DNA from: Candidatus Omnitrophota bacterium | GTDB taxonomy: Bacteria > Omnitrophota > Gorgyraeia > Zapsychrales > Fredricksoniimonadaceae | Reading direction: 5' to 3' | Assembly: GCA_037131245.1 (NCBI GenBank) | Contig: JBAXRK010000003.1 | Coordinates: 3,333-67,332, forward strand | DNA length: 64,000 bases | Shown here: positions 58,801-64,000 of the stretch, piece after piece | Layout: each line of letters begins with the position of its first letter | Position numbering within the stretch: the stretch's first letter is position 1 | Notes under the pieces: generated by a model | What the model saw: only the letters and a program-made list of their open reading frames with translations | Databases searched by the model: none | Told to the model about the DNA's origin: nothing | Translations under genes and position numbers: made by a program

Positions 58801-61800
58801 GCAACAGAAGCTTAAGCAGGCGGGTTTACGGGCGACCACAAATTTGAATTTATACCAGCTCGTCGGTGTGGACCGTATCCTCGATAGCCGCAAGAATCTT
58901 GAGGCCGATGAGATGGGCCTGGGAAAAACGTTGGTCGCTATCGCGTCTTTTCTGGCTTCTGGCGAGCCGGAGATGACGGTTCTGGCGCCGGGACAGGTTC
59001 TTAGCCGTTGGGTGGAGGATATCGTTGATCATACGGATACGCCCATTGACCTGGTCGTCCTTAATGAAGGCCTGCCGCTCGATAAGGTCGCCGGCAATCC
59101 GTTGATATCGGTCAAACAGTTGAGCGGCAAAGAGCGCTATGGATATCTTAATAGCGAGCGTGATCCGCCGTCCCCGGGCCATCGACGGATCATTTTGTTC
59201 AATTATGAAGGCGTTTCCGTCTTCGCGGGTCATCAGCTGGCGCCCATCCGTACCGGATTCCTGGTGCTGGATGAAGCGCATTTCCTTAAAAGAGCGGATA
59301 CCCGCCGCAGTCAAGCGGTGTTCGGGAACGGCCAGGGTGTCGGCGCGGCCGAGGCAAATTTTAAGCTGGTCATGACCGGGACACCTTTGGAGAATGAGGT
59401 GGCCGATCTTTTTGGGTATCTGCAGTTTTTGGCGCGAGGCGGTCACACGCCGGAAGAGGAATGGCTGGCCTCGCTTGACGTGCGTCGTTTTGCGTCGACC
59501 TTCCGCAAGACTGACCTGGCGAAGATGTCGCTGTTGCATTCGTACCTTTCCACGCACATGATCCGCTGGTTGAAGGATGAAGTGGTTGGCGGCTTGCCGA
59601 AGAAAACGCCGCATCAGGTGATGATCGACCCCTACGGCAAGACCATGACTGTTGATGGCGTCAGCCGCCCGCTTTCCGGTGATTTTGAAGTGCAGATGGC
59701 ATTGTACGATGAAGTATTAAGGCACCCCGGTGAGTTTGAAGATAACTACGTTTCACTTTCAGATAAGTCGCCTGATGAGGGCCCGACCGAGCAGGCGTCC
59801 AATGAATCCGCCCTGATGCTGATGCGCATGGAGCAGATCTCGGCGACACCGGCGATCTTCGGCCAGGAAGGCGACTCGGCCAAGTTCGCGGCGGCCGGCC
59901 TGCTGATCAAAGAGCGGATCGCCAAGGGAGGGTCAACGCTGGTCTTTAGTACCTACCGCTCGGCGACCGAACGCTTCCTGGCTTATCTTAAACAAGAGAT
60001 GCCGGAAGTGGTTGTCGGATATTCCGATGGCGATATTGAGCAGGGAGCCCGTTCACAGGCGGTGAAGCAGTTCCAGGACAAGGAGCTCCCGGTTTTGGTG
60101 ACCACTATCGGTACGTTGGGCGTCGGGCAAAACCTGACCCAGGCGGACGCGGTCATTTTTCTGGATAAGCCCTGGAAACCTTCAACGTATGACCAGGCGG
60201 TCGACCGCACCCATCGTTGGGACAAGGTCCGTAATTATCTTGGGCGGGTCATAGATATTTACGACCTGGAGCTGGATATCCCGGTGTCGATCGATAAGGT
60301 TAAAGCCCGGGTCTTGCGGACCAAGCGCTTGTTGTCGGAGATGATCGTCAACGGCTATTTATCACCGAGGATCATGGACACCTTCCGCGACCTGCAGCAG
60401 GACACGATCGATCAAATGAACGCCGAGGCCGATCCCCGGGACGTCAAGTTCGATGAATACGAAGGCAGTCTCATGCAGAATTTTCTGGTCCGGCTTGGGC
60501 AGATCCTTAAGGTCCCCGAAGCGGAGCGGGCGGCATCGATGTGGGATGAGCTGGCGGAACTGTATTCCGGCATTCTGGAGCATAAGGGTTCCTTCTTTGC
60601 CAATATGGCGAACTTGGACCATCTTTCGCAGGGATATTTCCCGGGCATTAAAAGTGAGGCGGCTGTTCCCTCATTCAAGAATGCTTTGGACCTCGGCTCC
60701 GGGCCGTCGACGTTGCTGCGGGCGTATTTGCACAAGAAGGAATCACTCAATGCCAGGGGGCTGTTCCTAAAAGTGACAGATTTTGATCTTAGTCCGCAGA
60801 TGCTGGCGCAGGGGATCCCCCGGCCCGGCGAGCAGATCGCGGGCGCGTTTGAAGATATTGTTAAAGTGCCGGAGGCGTCGTTCGACCTGGTCAACATGTC
60901 TTATGCGTTCCGGTATGTTAAAGATTCTTATAGGGTCGAGTTCCTTAAGAATGTGCATCGTATCCTGAAAGATAATGGGCTTTTTACCGTGATCCTGCCG
61001 GCAAACAATATCGTCTCCCAGCGTTTTATTGACGGGCTCAAAAAACTTGGTTTTGAGCCGCAAACGGGTGAGGGCGCGCGGCTGGAGTCCCGGCTGGAGG
61101 AGTCGACGTATGACGCGCTGGTGAAAGAGTACGGGGAGGAGTTCGCCAATGATATGAGCGATGAGGTGAACGCGCAGTTCACTTACCTGGTGGTGAAGAA
61201 AGGGGCGGCGGTCAGTGCCGGCGATGTCAGTCATGATGATTTCGATATTCAGAAAAAAGTCCGGCCCATGGACACTGGTAAGATCAGCCGTTTACAGCCG
61301 CGGCAGGAGGAGAGGGGGCAGGATGAGCGTCCTTCTCTGGCTGTTAGCGGGCTCTTGACTTATGACGATGGTAAGGTGGTTTTGGCGCGTGATCAGCAGA
61401 TGAAAGGCCCGGCCTGGAAATTTCGCAACCGCCTTAATGGCTTGCGCCAGGTCGTCAGGCAGCTTCTGGTGGAATTTGCTGATCGTAATCATCCGAAGAA
61501 GGTTGAGCGGCATACGACGAGCATCAGGAACAGGGCTAGGGCTTTTGAAAGCAATGTTGAGCGTCTGACCGAGGAGCAACGCGCCGTGGTTGCCCAGGAG
61601 CTTGAGTCCGATATCGCTGGTTTACAGGAAGAGCCTGGTGTATGGGAGTGGCTTAAAGAGCATGAGAGCTCGCTGGTTGGCCTTCTGACTTCATTTGGCG
61701 CGATGGACGCGTCCCAGGAAGTTGGCGGTATTGATCTTAACATGAGCCGTTCGGCGCTGGAGGTCCGTTCTGACAGCTCCGGATTGGAATTCGATATTAA

Positions 61801-61909
61801 TGAGGCCACGATCCGCCAACTGCAGGACGCCGCCGGGCTGGAGCCGGTCATCCTTGACTTGGTGCCATTGAATAGTGTTGAGGGTTTTCTTAATCCCGCA
61901 GCGCGTTGA
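52886..61909 (+). CDS. P3: 3007-aa exported giant = shared N-module + 12 novel ~115-aa repeats + SNF2-family ATPase + class-I SAM-MTase + shared C-module
   Basis: Signal-like FWRRSLSLLVLVAFALTGSGIPLRAASA. N-module KYFLASLTIPEKDLWVNLSPYEKDRIVP...IPRKYFSGG. Repeats at ~54095-58200. SNF2 motifs ADEMGLGKT (~58906), LVLDEAHFLK (~59261), MTGTPLENEVADLFGYLQFL, LGVGQNLTQADAVIFLDKPWKPSTYDQAVDRTHR (~60110-60215). MTase ALDLGSGPS (~60685), VTDFDLS, FDLVNMSYAF, LKDNGLFTVILP. C-terminal VGGIDLNMS...GLEPVILDLVPL at 61721-61906. Confidence 0.9.
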   Translation: MLLLSLINRCLFWRRSLSLLVLVAFALTGSGIPLRAASAQEMLALPTPGSRLSLSAATAPAILKGLRVYPKDPLRFDFILDKGDAPAADADLKTESNRLIKYFLASLTIPEKDLWVNLSPYEKDRIVPPGFGRTEMARDLLAQDYILKQLTASILYPEGEWGKKFWQEVYAKAYQQFGTTDVPVDTFNKVWITPSKAVVYENAQAGTAYVVESNLKVMLDTDYLAAQSREVPAGGLKDDIAKQVLRAIIIPALEKEVNEGENFARLRQVYQSLILAVWFKKKVTSGILNKIYVDRGKVEGVSVDDPQAARKIWAQYVEAFKKGVYNYIKDENDPVTQEVIPRKYFSGGVDFAAKVSEAMDVVHSVDHAAFGDQPGRYMALSMRARPVDMAQDGEADKGEAARVSNEIDRFLGDPLWEEQETDLSLKSFFTERGAKWGLFPSGLVIGDFNPGIVYARLGKDLKDIVLSRMERSDGVLTRLEFRCVREDGSRGDAVWQRVSAGVWESESSLVRSDIEAKREVVLSRIRAILADEDWQSIEPGLSLKELFSPAALNIASFPPALVIDDFQRDRGSVGVGRHCDDIVLARMERVDGELSRIVFRGVKQDVPGVEAAWVRNADGAWEQEMSAEDKALEQKKAEVVATIKSALVDPVWQVKELSVSLKEAGENSFLLNGSFPYGFSVADFIPDQRSAHAGTALTDLVLVRMERVEGVLVKLVFRGIGDKGNRDATWRRSADGVWEEETIAAEQRSAQMARDQIETLLKDPDWQVNDTEVSVKALVTVGGAFSTAFSIGDFHPGAVQIGVGVRSDDLLLTQMVRTARVLTRLVFRGVRPSGDLEVVWKKGSDGLWAQEDILSEIVAPVNILLGDPAWQTKELAVSLKGVRESAYLKDGTFPSGISIDDFQPGQLAVGVGKKLKDLLLVRMERTGARLSRLVFKGVKEDDTEVLSVWERNAAGEWERERKKKEIVAQINALLADPGWRHKECRISLMAWAGEAVVREGRFPTRFSAGDFVSENQSVGVGKDVEDLVLSGMERTEQGVLDRLEFTAFKEDGTQESAIWNRQRDGVWVKEDKVADQLAQIAQILAQPDWQEKDVELSLGEAWGKSSLYRGRFIKRFKIADFSPGFTRIGVSGGLKDIVLSRMERSGNVLTRLVFKGVHLDGLIVSAAWVRVGEGFWEKEKSPEEKVAEELKTAGQSVLEALLADTGWQIIEPGLSLKHVFGEAYLSRAVFPQIFAVGDFKPGTVAVGLRKNLADIVLTRLERQQGVLSRLIFEGLQEDGTRIMAVWRRGSNGVWEQEQSDAEMESNRKNAQLNEQIKKFIDDPSWQVKEPGLSLKEILGPAALKTGYFRRSLVIGDFDPGNKPLGLGENLLDLFLTRMEREEGLLSRLFFQGVKKDGSLVEVAWRRSADGVWQAELTPEVDLQIKTAAAVSSRIKDLLSDPQWSVQEPGISLGIMMGKASLQQGIFLKSFTIADFNPGKESIGVGTRLTDLVLSRMERVSGVLTRLVFLGIKKSESGVPSAWRRGADGRWEQELNAEDELLKQSRAVALARITEVLADPGWEGKDLDLSLRGVLGKVALLHGKFKRLFSIADFSPDIIAIGTGSIVDLMLVRMERQAGVLSRLMFKGIKKNGVETTVVWRRSSAGVWERERSVEELANEQKVKDILARIASLLADPNWVQKEPDLSLKELAGSEALFKGHFSRDIVIGDFKPGAVSIGNVGVWLKDITLARIERKDGALSRLVFQGLKKDGRVKESVWVRDASGQWGREDNIQEAREKIARAAVEKGISELFGGVWSRELWSSMAARYSLDIRNILWRLAAAQMDDSYDEEQLKAIVDDRIMDMISASIDDKTTELPPVPDSKSADDLFAGSSQDSVRQLANHLQKSFDKITEGRQRKEALLAILRRQAVEFVRKLEEKYFFRQYYAQQGESDPVVKTVAAVRAARDTEPEGILKDALTMILTSMEEKVIPLQQKLKQAGLRATTNLNLYQLVGVDRILDSRKNLEADEMGLGKTLVAIASFLASGEPEMTVLAPGQVLSRWVEDIVDHTDTPIDLVVLNEGLPLDKVAGNPLISVKQLSGKERYGYLNSERDPPSPGHRRIILFNYEGVSVFAGHQLAPIRTGFLVLDEAHFLKRADTRRSQAVFGNGQGVGAAEANFKLVMTGTPLENEVADLFGYLQFLARGGHTPEEEWLASLDVRRFASTFRKTDLAKMSLLHSYLSTHMIRWLKDEVVGGLPKKTPHQVMIDPYGKTMTVDGVSRPLSGDFEVQMALYDEVLRHPGEFEDNYVSLSDKSPDEGPTEQASNESALMLMRMEQISATPAIFGQEGDSAKFAAAGLLIKERIAKGGSTLVFSTYRSATERFLAYLKQEMPEVVVGYSDGDIEQGARSQAVKQFQDKELPVLVTTIGTLGVGQNLTQADAVIFLDKPWKPSTYDQAVDRTHRWDKVRNYLGRVIDIYDLELDIPVSIDKVKARVLRTKRLLSEMIVNGYLSPRIMDTFRDLQQDTIDQMNAEADPRDVKFDEYEGSLMQNFLVRLGQILKVPEAERAASMWDELAELYSGILEHKGSFFANMANLDHLSQGYFPGIKSEAAVPSFKNALDLGSGPSTLLRAYLHKKESLNARGLFLKVTDFDLSPQMLAQGIPRPGEQIAGAFEDIVKVPEASFDLVNMSYAFRYVKDSYRVEFLKNVHRILKDNGLFTVILPANNIVSQRFIDGLKKLGFEPQTGEGARLESRLEESTYDALVKEYGEEFANDMSDEVNAQFTYLVVKKGAAVSAGDVSHDDFDIQKKVRPMDTGKISRLQPRQEERGQDERPSLAVSGLLTYDDGKVVLARDQQMKGPAWKFRNRLNGLRQVVRQLLVEFADRNHPKKVERHTTSIRNRARAFESNVERLTEEQRAVVAQELESDIAGLQEEPGVWEWLKEHESSLVGLLTSFGAMDASQEVGGIDLNMSRSALEVRSDSSGLEFDINEATIRQLQDAAGLEPVILDLVPLNSVEGFLNPAAR
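54095..58200 (+). repeat. 12 in-frame divergent tandem repeats (104-119 aa each) of an unrecognised domain
   Basis: The (D/Q)P.W(Q/E) anchor recurs at ~54121, 54474, 54829, 55171, 55484, 55811, 56141, 56491, 56846, 57203, 57556 and 57907 (spacing 313-357 nt). Unit consensus: I..LL.DP.WQ.KE..LSLKE....L..G.FP..F.I.DF.PG...IGVG..L.D(I/L)VL.RMER..GVL(S/T)RLVF.G.K.DG.....W.R...G.WE.E. Confidence 0.9.
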
Positions 61910-63218
61910 ACAGCCAGAACGTCAGTGTCGGCAAGAGGGCGAAAAGAATGCGGTTGAGCGTGGTGGACAGCCACCAGAGGATCTCGAAGAACGTGTTGAC
62001 CGTGTAAACACCGATGACTGAAATGATATAAATCCCGATGATGGCCGGGATGACCCAGAGCCCTCGTTTGAAAGCTTTAGATCCTGCCAGAATGATCCCC
62101 CCGAAAAGAATAAGCCAGAAGCCGTTCCATTTTGGGCTGATGAATTCAATTCCCAGAAAATACAGGGTCGCTGTCAGGCGCTCGATCGATGCCGGCTTGT
62201 CTGCCGATGTCAGCCCGTTGATGAAGGTATGGCTGTCAGGTGCCATGAACAGCTGAAAGATCACTGTCGGAAGGAAGCTTAAAACTGCGGCGGCCAGTAA
62301 GCCTTTCCAGGCGTTTAGCGCCGCTTTTCTTTGTTCACTGGAGAAAAGGATCGCCAGTTTCATGATCCCGCCCGTTATCACCGCCAGCACTAGCCCTTCG
62401 CTTTTGGTAAAGCTCATGAAGCCCAAGCTTATGATGGTTATGATCAGGTAAGCCGGGGCGCGGCGTTCCGTAAAAAGTTTAAAACCTAAAAGCGCGCTTA
62501 ACAACCAGGTGCCCACCAGCAGATCGCTGTACTGGCTGGAGGATAGTTTGACCACGAACATGATCGACAAGAGCCATAGCGGAGCCAGCAGCGATAATAA
62601 TTTCCCGTTCAATTCTTTAAGGCCAAAGAAAAGCAGGCCGCTCATAAGAAGCGTGATGCGGCAGGAAGCAGCCAGGGTCACGGTGGTCGTTGGTTCCGCG
62701 CCGAAACACCAGAACCAGACATTCTCCAGCGGCAGCAGGAAAGGATAGCTGATATTCGACCGCCACAGCGCCGAGTCCATCATGCCGCGCCAGTTCTCGC
62801 CACCCAGAAAAAGGAAGCGGGCTTTGAGGTTCCAGCACGACCAGGCGTCCCAACCGCCATCTGGAAAGATCAAGGCGTGCAGGACGACCGGGATCACAAA
62901 GATCAAAAGAACGTGAATGCCGATGATCTCGGCTTTATCGACGGTACCTTTAGTGAAAGGGAGAATGAGGGTATTGCGTTTGGCCAGGAAGAATAAGCCG
63001 GTGGTCACGGCAATATTCAACCCGATCGCGTAAAGCGGGACCAGGGTATTGAAGAATAGGAAGCTGGTGAAGGTTAAAAGCGCTGTTGTCGCGATGCCGG
63101 TGAGCGCGCCCCAGAAGACCAGAAGCAGCATGCGCGGACGGACAGCGGCCGGAATGAGCGCGGTCAGCAGAAAGAAACCCTGTAGGATGGAGATCAGCCA
63201 GGGAAAGATATAATTCAC
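61890..63218 (-). CDS. polytopic membrane protein, possibly GT-C-type glycosyltransferase-like
   Basis: 442 aa, about 12 hydrophobic helices. Loop FPDGGWDAWSCWNLKARFLFLGGENW recalls uncharacterised GT-C/PMT_2-like proteins (tentative). The 3' end overlaps the convergent P3 3' end by 20 nt. Confidence 0.4.
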   Translation of the reverse strand: MNYIFPWLISILQGFFLLTALIPAAVRPRMLLLVFWGALTGIATTALLTFTSFLFFNTLVPLYAIGLNIAVTTGLFFLAKRNTLILPFTKGTVDKAEIIGIHVLLIFVIPVVLHALIFPDGGWDAWSCWNLKARFLFLGGENWRGMMDSALWRSNISYPFLLPLENVWFWCFGAEPTTTVTLAASCRITLLMSGLLFFGLKELNGKLLSLLAPLWLLSIMFVVKLSSSQYSDLLVGTWLLSALLGFKLFTERRAPAYLIITIISLGFMSFTKSEGLVLAVITGGIMKLAILFSSEQRKAALNAWKGLLAAAVLSFLPTVIFQLFMAPDSHTFINGLTSADKPASIERLTATLYFLGIEFISPKWNGFWLILFGGIILAGSKAFKRGLWVIPAIIGIYIISVIGVYTVNTFFEILWWLSTTLNRILFALLPTLTFWLFNALRD

Positions 63219-63652
63219 GGCGCCGGCCTTTCGGCTGGCCGCTCGGCCAAAATGATCCCTTGGGGGCTTACCTTGAGCGGGCGCAGTTTCATTTTCTCTG
63301 CAGCGGCTCGCGCTAGTTTTAGATCGTTAAAGTCGAGGATGAGCAGCCGATGCGCCGGATTATTGAAGTCCAGGATGATCGGGGCGAGCGTGAACTGCGC
63401 CTGGGTGAACCGCATGGCCACTTTATCGTTATTGATGTCGCGGTCGGTGAGATATCCGATGTACTTTTCTTCGCCGGTCGCGCCTTTGACCCCGGCGAAG
63501 ATGTTGCCGCCGAAAGAATAAGGCTTCACCCGGCGCTTGGTTTCAAGGGCCGACAGGTCACGGATAGTTCCGATGATCCCCCAGGCAAAGCTCAGGGAAA
63601 TGACGGCAAGAATGATATTCTGGCGGGTAAGCCAAACGGGTAATTTGATCAT
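63215..63652 (-). CDS. hypothetical membrane-anchored protein
   Basis: 145 aa. N-terminal anchor NIILAVISLSFAWGIIGTI. 4-nt overlap with the downstream membrane-protein gene. Confidence 0.45.
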   Translation of the reverse strand: MIKLPVWLTRQNIILAVISLSFAWGIIGTIRDLSALETKRRVKPYSFGGNIFAGVKGATGEEKYIGYLTDRDINNDKVAMRFTQAQFTLAPIILDFNNPAHRLLILDFNDLKLARAAAEKMKLRPLKVSPQGIILAERPAERPAP

Positions 63653-63704
63653 CCGCGCATTTTAGCAAAGAAAACCGGGATGCACTTAATTATTTCAAGA
63701 GCTC

Positions 63705-64000
63705 TCAGGCTCTTTTCACGGCTTTAATGATCAAATGCCGGCCGAATAGCAGTTCATCCGATAGCAGGACTTTGTTGATCCTGGAATAATCGAGCCCGCC
63801 GTTCTTTTTTGACCGGGCTTCTTTTGACCTTGTTTGCCAGCAGATCAGCGGTTTCAAAAGGGATAGCCATTGGCCGTCGGCTTGGCTCGTCGCGACCTTT
63901 TCAATAGTGAAACCGCAGTCATGGAGCAGGTATTCGAGTTCCGGGTATCTCCACGGGATCAGGTGGAGGTTGAAGATCGTCATCTTGGGGTTGCGGGCAT
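63705..64000 (-). CDS. C-terminal fragment of a probable class-I methyltransferase (N-terminus beyond the window end)
   Basis: The frame is open to nt 64000 (…ARNPKMTIFNLHLIPWRYPELEYLLHDCGFTIEKV…). The tail pattern resembles the last strands of a Methyltransf_11/23-type domain. Too little sequence for certainty. Confidence 0.4.
   Translation of the reverse strand, partial: ARNPKMTIFNLHLIPWRYPELEYLLHDCGFTIEKVATSQADGQWLSLLKPLICWQTRSKEARSKKNGGLDYSRINKVLLSDELLFGRHLIIKAVKRA

Noticed and set aside
58840-61200. SNF2 + methyltransferase as a DISARM/BREX/restriction-modification defence locus
   Set aside because: No partner genes (DrmA/B/C, PglZ/BrxC, endonuclease, specificity subunit) are nearby. 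The MTase lacks a (D/N)PP(Y/F/W) DNA-amino-MTase motif. Both domains are internal parts of a signal-peptide protein with the shared N and C modules. The similarity is kept only as an analogy.
61890-61909. 20-nt overlap of the convergent 3' ends of P3 and the membrane-protein gene as a regulatory feature
   Set aside because: Short convergent overlaps are common in compact genomes. There is no associated structure or motif.
1-64000. Prophage, integrative element or transposon content
   Set aside because: I found no integrase, transposase, phage structural genes, tRNA attachment site or flanking direct repeats. The accessory blocks appear chromosomally embedded between housekeeping operons.

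Overview
This is a dense chromosomal segment of about 55 genes with few gaps over 100 nt. It comes from a diderm, probably anaerobic bacterium: it encodes MlaEFD, TamB-like, MipA-like and OM-barrel proteins, FprA, and several radical-SAM enzymes. I noticed no rRNA, tRNA, CRISPR array, transposase or integrase. The housekeeping backbone includes a DEAD-box helicase, trxA-panD-def-lipA, greA, ybaB, yggT, mscS, mlaEFD, phoH and two PilT-family ATPases. Three unusual accessory blocks interrupt it. (1) Three signal-peptide-bearing large proteins, here called P1 (6254-11038, 1594 aa), P2 (11082-14201, 1039 aa) and P3 (52886-61909, 3007 aa). They share a ~320-aa N-terminal module and a ~55-aa C-terminal GG(I/V)D(L/M)...(E/T)PV(I/L)L module. 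Between those ends each carries a different, normally cytoplasmic enzyme cargo: two SAM-methyltransferase folds (P1); a complete Glu/Leu/Phe/Val-dehydrogenase domain (P2); 12 tandem ~115-aa unrecognised repeats plus an SNF2 ATPase plus a SAM-MTase (P3). (2) An array at 18.5-25.3 kb of five paralogous signal-peptide class-I SAM-MTase-fold proteins. One is fused to an SsuA/NMT1-like solute-binding domain and one lacks the SAM-binding loop. An OM barrel gene sits among them, and the array is convergent with a tightly packed EamA / ABC ATPase / ABC permease / HemN-like radical-SAM operon. (3) A 1359-aa modular GspG-like pseudopilin with 12 Listeria-Bacteroides-type repeats and a duplicated Cys-rich module. 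Several operon-first genes have a -10-like hexamer exactly 6 nt upstream of the ATG and no Shine-Dalgarno, which suggests leaderless mRNAs. All family names come from reading motifs by eye, not from searches. Taxonomy cannot be assigned from the sequence alone. The exported giant proteins and pilus genes are reminiscent of uncultivated host-associated lineages, but that is a guess.
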